From an uncultured delta proteobacterium (lineage in GTDB: Bacteria > Myxococcota_A > Polyangia > Polyangiales > Polyangiaceae): a stretch of DNA of 64,000 nucleotides. Below, in pieces: positions 57,185-64,000 of the stretch. The stretch covers positions 704,001 through 768,000 of the forward strand of contig CAWJCS010000005.1 in NCBI GenBank assembly GCA_963841435.1. Reading direction: 5' to 3'. The number at the start of each line of letters is the position of its first letter. Within the stretch, counting starts at the first letter, position 1. Both the position numbers and the translations under genes were made by a program. The notes under the pieces were generated by a model. The model saw nothing but the letters and a program-made list of their open reading frames with translations. It made no database searches and had not been told where the DNA came from.

Positions 57185-58709
57185 TTAGCCCGGGTTGAAC
57201 ATGATGGGGTAGCTCACACGCACGAGGCCGTCTTTGGGCGCTGGGAACGAGACGCCGTAGAACGCGCTCACGACGCAGCCGACGACCTTGCTGTCGGGCA
57301 GATCGCTGCCGCCGTTGGTCGCGTTCGAGACGACCCCGTCGCGGTCGATGATGAAGCGCGTGGTGACGCGGCCCGTGAGGTTCGGATTCGTTCTGAGCCC
57401 GAGCTCGTAGCAGCCGCGGAAACGTCCGAAGTTCTGGCGCACGACGCGCTGGATGAGCTCCGGCGCGAGGTGCCCGCCGAGCACGGTTTCGCCGACGGCA
57501 CGCAGCGTCGGCCCGGAGGTGTGGTGCCCGCGCCCGAGTCGCCCGAGCCCCGTACCTTCCCCGTGCCCGCCGCGCCCGAGGCCGCCCCCACCCGTTCCCA
57601 TGCCACAGTCGGTGCCGCAGGTACCGATGCCGCCGAGGCCAATCCATTCGCCGCGGTCGCCGCCGCCGCTGCCGATGCCGCTGAGGTCGAGGCCGCCCGC
57701 GCCGCCGCTCTCGCCGATGCTCTCGCCGTACAGGTTGCCCCAGGCATCGGTCGCGTCAGGTCCGTTCGCGACCGACGCGCCCCAGAGCGCCGTGGGGAGC
57801 GCACGGCCGTTCATGCTCGCGAGCATGCCGACGAGTCCGAACGTGCGCGCCTCGGCGATGGCCGCTTCGCGCGACAACACGCGCTCGCCGCTACCGGCGA
57901 TGGCGACGCGCTTGTCCGTGACGGGACGGTTGGGACGCCCCATCGCACCGCGTGGACCGGCCGCTTCCGCGCCGGGCGTCCCACCGCCCGGCGTCGCATC
58001 GCCCGGCACCTCGGGGCGGCGCTCCTCGCGCTCGGCGAGCGCGTCGAGGTAGGGCCGCAGCACGGCCAGCTGATCCCGGTCGAGCCCATCGTCGAGCGAG
58101 GCGCCGAGGGCGGGCGTGTAGTACGCGAGCACACCGAGGAACGCCGCCACGGCCCCGAACGAGCAGGCGAGCGCCGCACCGAGACGGCCGGAATCCTGGG
58201 CCATGGCGCGAGGCACGCGCGCGCCCGCCGTCACGGCGGCGATGCGAAACGTGATCGCCCCGAGCTCCAGATCGACGCGAACGTCCGGGACCGAGCGCGA
58301 GATCACCGTCGGCCGCCGCGCCCTCCGCGCGGCGCACCCTGCCGCCGGGTGGCACGACGACGCGCGGCCCCGCGGGTCCGAGCTCGACGATCGGCGCGCG
58401 CGCGAAGCCAGCGACCTCAGCGGGCAGCAAGAAGTTGACCGTCGCGCCGTCGCCGTGCCCGACGAAGAAGGGTCGCGGTGGCGCGAGGTGAGCGACCTCG
58501 AGCACACTCGTACCCCAGAGCACCAACACCTCGACGGCCTCGGTACCCACCTGCTCGCACTCCCCCGCGGCGAGCGGCTCCGCGCTCCGGACGAGCACGT
58601 AAGTGTCGCGCTCGGCACGCGGAAGGGCGGGCGGCGCGTTGACCGGAACGGCAGGGATGGACTCGAATGAGGTGGACGGAAAAAGGGCAGACGGGTGCTC
58701 GGTGGCCAT
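57185..58709 (-). CDS. AgmX/PglI C-terminal (TonB-like) domain membrane protein; split by a +1 indel at ~58288
   Basis: AAGGAG RBS and ATG at 58709; EVLVLWG N-terminal domain; TM helix; Gly-rich linker; IQRVVRQNFGRFRGCYE.GL..NPNL.GRV...F.I...G.V...CV...F....FP.P..G.V.VSYP. Frames join if one G at 58287-58289 is removed. Confidence 0.88.
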
Positions 58710-58796
58710 GGGCAAAGCTCCTTGGTTCGCGACGCACGCGACCCGGCCCGGCGGTTTCTCCGCTGCCTCGCGCGTGATCTCGTCGCTTGCTCCAGC

Positions 58797-58824
58797 ATCG
58801 ACAGGTCCGCGCCGCCGAAGTTCC
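58797..58824 (-). promoter_or_regulatory. Putative ECF sigma (RpoE-type) promoter
   Basis: Minus strand GGAACTT-N15-GTCGA, about 90 nt upstream of the 58709 start. Confidence 0.65.
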
Positions 58825-58915
58825 TGAGCAGCAATATTTGCGGACGGGATCGCGCCGGCCGAAATTCGACTGCACCGGCCGGCACGCCTGGTGTAGGTTT
58901 TGATATGAGGCTCTC

Positions 58916-59866
58916 GTGAGCGACGACCGCGCCCCCGGAGACTATGCGCTCGAGGAGGACGATCCGGCGGAGCGTACGGCGGTCGTTTCGCTTGGCGATC
59001 TGCGTAGCCCACGCCGGCAGGCCAAGGACCGGCACCTCTTGATCCGCGCGCGCGGCGCGCAGCTCGGCCACGTGACCCGCCTCGGTGTCGGCGCGCACAA
59101 GGTAGGCCGCGCCACCGACTCGGAAATCTGGTTGAGCGACGATGGCGTGAGCCGCCGCCACGCCGTGGTGACCCAGGAGGGGCACGGCTACGTCATCGAA
59201 GACACGCAGTCGGCGAACGGCACGTTCGTCGCCGGCCAGCGCATCGAGCGCGCCGTGCTGCGCGACGGCGACCTGATCCAGTTCGGGCCGCAGGCGATGT
59301 TCCGCTACTCGATCGCCGACGAGGCGCAGGAGCAGCTGCTCCGGCAGCTCTACGAAGCGAGCGTCACGGACGCGCTCACCGGCGCCAACAACCGGGAGTC
59401 CTTCGACAGCCACCTTCGCATGGAGCTTTCCTACGCGCGCCGCCACAACACCGACTGCGCGCTCGTGCTGTTCGACGTCAACCACTTCAAGCGCGTCAAC
59501 GACGGCTACGGGCACCCCGTGGGTGACGAAGTGCTCGTCGAAATCTCCAAAGCGGCGCGCCGTGTGGTGCGCAACGAGGACGTTTTTGCCCGTTACGGCG
59601 GCGAGGAGTTCGCGTTGATCCTGCGCGGCATCGCGCTCGATGGCGCGCGCGCCGTCGGGGAACGGCTGCGCGAGCGCATCGCTGCCCTGAGCATCCCGAC
59701 CGAGCAGGGGCCGCTCACGGTCACGGTGAGCGTGGGCTGCGCCTCGGTGAGCACGACGCCGGACCTGAGCGCCGAGGCACTCGTCCAGGCCGCCGACCGA
59801 CGCCTCTACGTCGCCAAGCGCAGCGGACGCAACCGCGTCGTGGCCGCCGACCCGCCTGAAGAATGA
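58916..59866 (+). CDS. FHA-GGDEF diguanylate cyclase
   Basis: FHA motifs (GR, SRRHA, S.NGTFV); D.LTG..N, HFK.VND.YGH..GD, RNED I-site, RYGGEEF, AD..LY.AK..GRN. Confidence 0.95.
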   Translation: MSDDRAPGDYALEEDDPAERTAVVSLGDLRSPRRQAKDRHLLIRARGAQLGHVTRLGVGAHKVGRATDSEIWLSDDGVSRRHAVVTQEGHGYVIEDTQSANGTFVAGQRIERAVLRDGDLIQFGPQAMFRYSIADEAQEQLLRQLYEASVTDALTGANNRESFDSHLRMELSYARRHNTDCALVLFDVNHFKRVNDGYGHPVGDEVLVEISKAARRVVRNEDVFARYGGEEFALILRGIALDGARAVGERLRERIAALSIPTEQGPLTVTVSVGCASVSTTPDLSAEALVQAADRRLYVAKRSGRNRVVAADPPEE

Positions 59867-59914
59867 GCTTGGGGCGGGCGAGCGGTGGAGTTAGCCGCCC
59901 GAGCCGCGCGCGCG

Positions 59915-60982
59915 TCAGGCGTCGCGCCGGTACACGACCCAGCGCATGTCGATGGGCGTCTTCTGTGCGGGCAACGCGAACACGTTGACGCCGCGGGTCC
60001 ATTCCACGAACCAGCCGGTCGGTGGCCAGGCACTCTCCGGCAAGCGCTTCTGTTCGTAGTCGCACACCGACTCTTCGGAGATCTGACTGAGCCCGAGCCC
60101 GGCTGACGCGTCGGCAAGCTCCTGTCGCGTGTAGAGCGTCGACCAGAACACCTGCGAGAGCTCGCGGGCGAGCGCATCGGGCTGGTAGCCGCCCACGGGC
60201 AAGAACACGCTGAACGCGAGCAGCCCGCCGGGCGAAAGCAGCTCCGAGGCTCGCTCGAAGAGCCGGCGGAGCTCGTCCACGCCCCGGAAATGCGACACCA
60301 CCTCGCAAAGGACGATCAACCTGAAGTGCGAGGCGGGCAGGCCGAGCGGCGCGCGCAGCACGTCGCCCTCGACGAGCTCGACGTGCAGGCGCTCCTTCTT
60401 GGCATCGTCACGCAAGATCTTCGCGAGATCGGGGCTCAGCTCGACGGCGCTCGTGGGGTGGCCGGCCCGCGCGAGCGGCAGTGTGTTTCGACCCGTGCCC
60501 GCACCGACGTCGAGCACGGGAGCAGACCCGGGAGGTCCGAGGCTCTTCGCGAGGTCCATTACCTTGCTGTCGGGGTGCGTTCCGAAGAGCGGCGGCGTGC
60601 GTTGAGCGACCCAGGTCGCGTACTCCTGTTCGATCGTCGAGAGCTCGAGTGAAACGAAGTAGGACAGGCTCGTCTTCGGCGGGTCATCGGTCTGGAACCG
60701 CACGATGACGTACGAGTACGGTGAAGACGCGAAGCCTTCGCTGAGCTTCTTCTGCAAGATGCCGCGAAGCGCTTCGACCTCCTCCGGCTTGAACTTCCGC
60801 CCGTGGACCGAGAAGATCCGAACGAGGCTCTCCGTGTAGTGGTCGAGCAACGCCGGCACGGCCGGCAAGCGCAAGCGGCCGGAAGCGTGGAGGCGCTTCG
60901 GCAGGCGCCGGATCATCGACTCACGAAGCGTCGACGCGTCGAGCTCGTGCCCACGGGCGACCTTCGGGGGGCTTTCGCTCAT
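59915..60982 (-). CDS. Class I SAM-dependent methyltransferase with an uncharacterised N-terminal domain
   Basis: VLDVGAGTGRN motif I, AVE, GD, L.PGG. Confidence 0.88.
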   Translation of the reverse strand: MSESPPKVARGHELDASTLRESMIRRLPKRLHASGRLRLPAVPALLDHYTESLVRIFSVHGRKFKPEEVEALRGILQKKLSEGFASSPYSYVIVRFQTDDPPKTSLSYFVSLELSTIEQEYATWVAQRTPPLFGTHPDSKVMDLAKSLGPPGSAPVLDVGAGTGRNTLPLARAGHPTSAVELSPDLAKILRDDAKKERLHVELVEGDVLRAPLGLPASHFRLIVLCEVVSHFRGVDELRRLFERASELLSPGGLLAFSVFLPVGGYQPDALARELSQVFWSTLYTRQELADASAGLGLSQISEESVCDYEQKRLPESAWPPTGWFVEWTRGVNVFALPAQKTPIDMRWVVYRRDA

Positions 60983-61095
60983 CGCCGGCCGAACATACGC
61001 CGGGGGTGGCGAAATGGGCAGCTTTGTGCCGCGCGCGGCGCCCGGCGAGCAACCGCGCGCGGACCGCCGTCGCTGCGCTACGCTCCGCCCGCCCC

Positions 61096-63945
61096 ATGCC
61101 CGACGAGCAACGCGGCAACGAAACCACGGTCCCGCCGGAAGGTGTGACCCCGCCGGACGAGGCGCCCGCGACACCGGACGAGAGACCCGCGACGCCGGAC
61201 GTAGCGCCCACGACACCGGACGATGGCGGCGAGCAACGCCTGTTCCCGCGCGGCAATCCCACGCGTCCGCGCAGCCTGGTCGCCGCGCTCTTCGCCTTCG
61301 CCGTGCCGTTCCTACTCATGGCGACCGACGGGCATCATGCCGTGTCGATCCCGCTCGGCACCCTCGCGTGCGTCACGGGGAGCCTCGCGCTTCTCGACTT
61401 CCTCGGCACGTTCGACGACCCCTACGAGGGGGCCCCGCGCGAGGTCGGACGACTGCTGCCACGGCTCGGCGAGCTCACCGCCAGCATCGTGGTCGTCGTC
61501 GCCGTGCTGCGGCTGGCCGTGGCCGGACGTCTGCCGTGGTCCCTGGCGAGCGCGGCGCTCCTGATCACCGCGAGCAGCTTGTGGGTGGTGACGAGCGTCT
61601 TTCGCCTGCTCGTTGCGCTCGGCGCCATTGACGGCTCACGACCGCTGACGAAGCGCTGGGGATTCTGGCTGATCGTCGCCGGCACGCTGCTCTACCTGCC
61701 GCTGCTCGGCAGCTACTCGCTGAGCGACCCCTGGGAGACGCACTACGGCGAAGTGGCCCGCGAAATGCTGGCGCGCGACGACTGGATCTCGACCTGGTGG
61801 GCACAGGAAAACTGGTTCTGGTCGAAGCCGGTGCTCGACTTCTGGCTGCAGGCGCTGTCCTTCTCGCTCTTCGGCGTGCGGTTCCAGCCGGACCAGATGC
61901 TCGCCGCGGCGACGCACGGCCTCGTTCCGCGGCCGGAGTGGGCCGCGCGCCTGCCGAACGTCGTTTTGACCCTGGTCGCCGGCTACGCCCTCTACCGGGC
62001 CGTGGCCCAGCGCTTCGGCGGCCGCGCGGGGTTTCTCGGCGGGCTCGTGCTCTTCACCCTGCCGTATTGGTACGTGATCGGCCGGCAGAGCATTACGGAC
62101 ATGCCGTACGTCGCGCCGATCACCGCCGCGCTTTCGTTCGTGCTCGTCGCCATGGCGGCCGACCCGGACGCCACGGTTCGTGTCCATCCGATCCGCATCG
62201 GGCGGCGCGTGTTCGGCGTCTCCGCGTACCACCTCCTGTTCACGCTGATCCTCTGCAGCGTGGTGCCGCAGATCCTCTACCTTGCCTCGCGTCACCTCAC
62301 GCTCGTGCTCGAGGCGCCGCCCTACGGCTTTCGCGCCCACCTCGACGAGATCCTCTACGGGTCGCCGGGCAACTGCGGGCTGCCGGGCAACGACGATTGC
62401 CGCATGGTGGCACCTGCCGACCCCGCGCTTCAGCCGGGGCTGCTCGGGCTCGGGACGGCGCTCGTCATGACGCTCTTTCTCTGGGCAAATCGCGGCGAAC
62501 GCCGGCTGCAGCGGCTCGCCTTCCTTTCGGCCTGGTACGCGGTGGCGCTCTCGGCGGCGGCAAAAGGTGCTCCGGGCCTCGTGCTGCCGATCGTGGTCGT
62601 GCTGCTCGCGCTCACCGTCGCGCATCGCTTTCGCGACTTCGCGCGCGCGGAGCTCGTCGGGCTCGTGCTCTTGTTCGTGATGGTGTGCTTGCCCTGGTAC
62701 ACGGCGATGGTCGGGCGCCACGGCTCGGCCTTCACCGATCGACTGCTTTTTCACGACATGTACAAGCGTGCCTTCGTGCACGTCCACGACACCAACACGG
62801 GCGACGACGTGAGCTTCCGCTACTACGTGTGGCAGCTCGGGTACGGCCTCTTTCCGTGGACGGGGCTCGCGACGTTCGGCCTTTTATCGTACCAGCGGGA
62901 AGGCAACGAATCCCGGAGCTCGCGTGCGGAGGCGCTCGCATTCCTGGCGCTCTGGTTCGTGATCGCCTTCTCGCTTTTCAGCTCGTCGCTCACCAAGTTC
63001 CACCACTACGTGCTCCCGGCGGTGCCGCCCATCGCCGTGCTCACCGGTATCCTGCTCGACAGGATGCTCCCCGAGAAGGGGCCCGGCGGGCGACGCCTCG
63101 TCCCCTACCTTCTGGCGGTCGGAGCGGCCGCGCTGCTTCTGCCCTACGGCCTTTTGCGTCTCGCGGGTGGCTCGCTGCTCGGCACCGTGCCGGGGCCCGG
63201 GCCCGCGCCACTCGTCGGAGCGCTGAGCCTCGCTGGCGCTGCGGGCCTTCTCATCGTCGCCCGGCGGCTCTGGCCCGCAGAGGATGCGGCATCGCCGACG
63301 CGTGCGTGGGACGACGCCATCACGGGCGCCTTCGCGATCGCGGCGGCCGCGCTCGTGTTGCTCGTGGGCCGCGACCTCTTCTCGCCCGACGACCCGGAAG
63401 GCCCCGCACGCCTCACGCAGCTTGCAAGCTACAACTACCGGCGACCCTGGCCCGCGACGCTCGATTTCAAGAGCACGCTTCTCGCGCTCTCGCTCGCGGC
63501 GAGCCTCGCAACGATCGCGCTCTCGGCGAAGGCGTTCCGGCACCACGCCGTGGCCCTGATGGTGGGCATCGGCGTCTGGGCCGCCGCCTGGGGCGCGGAC
63601 GCGTACGTCGTGCGGGCGGCCCCCCATTGGGGTCAGCGCGACACCATCATCGAATACTACCGCCGGCGCCGCGGCCCCGAAGAGCCGTTCGTCGCCTACC
63701 AGATGAACTGGAAGGGCGAAAATTTCTATACCGGCAACCATCTGCCGGCGTTCGTCGCCTCGGGCGCAAAATTCAAGAGCTGGCTCGCCGAGCAGCGCGA
63801 CCTCGGTACGCGTGTCGTCTTCTTCACGACGGAGCACTCGCGTGAAAGCAGCCTCAAAGCCGACCTCGGTAAAGTACGACGCTACGAGCGGCTCACGAAC
63901 AAGGCGCTCGACAACAAGTTCTTCGTCGCCCGCGTCGAGCTCTGA
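61096..63945 (+). CDS. GT-C (ArnT/PMT_2, GT39/83-like) polytopic glycosyltransferase
   Basis: L.DPWE.HYGEVAREM..RDDW, KPVL.FW.QA.S, WAARLP, D.P, AKG..G, LPWY, Y.......FPW, TKFHHYVLPAVPP.A. Confidence 0.9.
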   Translation: MPDEQRGNETTVPPEGVTPPDEAPATPDERPATPDVAPTTPDDGGEQRLFPRGNPTRPRSLVAALFAFAVPFLLMATDGHHAVSIPLGTLACVTGSLALLDFLGTFDDPYEGAPREVGRLLPRLGELTASIVVVVAVLRLAVAGRLPWSLASAALLITASSLWVVTSVFRLLVALGAIDGSRPLTKRWGFWLIVAGTLLYLPLLGSYSLSDPWETHYGEVAREMLARDDWISTWWAQENWFWSKPVLDFWLQALSFSLFGVRFQPDQMLAAATHGLVPRPEWAARLPNVVLTLVAGYALYRAVAQRFGGRAGFLGGLVLFTLPYWYVIGRQSITDMPYVAPITAALSFVLVAMAADPDATVRVHPIRIGRRVFGVSAYHLLFTLILCSVVPQILYLASRHLTLVLEAPPYGFRAHLDEILYGSPGNCGLPGNDDCRMVAPADPALQPGLLGLGTALVMTLFLWANRGERRLQRLAFLSAWYAVALSAAAKGAPGLVLPIVVVLLALTVAHRFRDFARAELVGLVLLFVMVCLPWYTAMVGRHGSAFTDRLLFHDMYKRAFVHVHDTNTGDDVSFRYYVWQLGYGLFPWTGLATFGLLSYQREGNESRSSRAEALAFLALWFVIAFSLFSSSLTKFHHYVLPAVPPIAVLTGILLDRMLPEKGPGGRRLVPYLLAVGAAALLLPYGLLRLAGGSLLGTVPGPGPAPLVGALSLAGAAGLLIVARRLWPAEDAASPTRAWDDAITGAFAIAAAALVLLVGRDLFSPDDPEGPARLTQLASYNYRRPWPATLDFKSTLLALSLAASLATIALSAKAFRHHAVALMVGIGVWAAAWGADAYVVRAAPHWGQRDTIIEYYRRRRGPEEPFVAYQMNWKGENFYTGNHLPAFVASGAKFKSWLAEQRDLGTRVVFFTTEHSRESSLKADLGKVRRYERLTNKALDNKFFVARVEL

Positions 63946-64000
63946 ACGGGCGACCTGCGCGCGGCGGCGGAGCGTCGCCGGGCGCCGCCGTTCCACGCTG

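Noticed and set aside
59480-59620. Hypr-type (cGAMP-producing) GGDEF enzyme
   Set aside because: The guanine-binding Asp (GHPVGDEVL) is retained; Hypr enzymes have Ser or Thr there.

Overview
This is a very GC-rich, gene-dense segment of core chromosome from a myxobacterium, most like Polyangiaceae/Sorangiineae. That assignment is inferred from RomR- and SgmX-like polarity proteins, an MXAN_5808-type S41 protease, MYXO-CTERM, Cys-rich repeat/fibro-slime and AgmX/PglI-type proteins, and a Hanks kinase. The housekeeping backbone is pdxJ, mlaD/mlaF-like genes, mgtE, recJ, yajC-secD-secF, tRNA-Val, thrS-infC, tRNA-Ala, pdxA, tldD, ilvA, ygiQ, skp, hrcA and valS. No CRISPR array, rRNA, transposase or integrase was recognised. 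The best candidate for an undescribed system is a translationally coupled minus-strand cluster at about 30.4-35.2 kb. It encodes two Cys-rich lipoproteins, a MYXO-CTERM Ig-like protein, a nine-heme cytochrome c lipoprotein (7 CXXCH, 1 CX3CH, 1 CX4CH) and a small outer-membrane beta-barrel. A GH9 lipoprotein and a putative NlpC/P60-like Cys-His hydrolase follow directly. Four genes are each broken by a single extra base inside a short palindrome (GATC twice, GACGTC, TCCGGA), most likely long-read errors. Family assignments come from motifs read by eye; no database searches were run.
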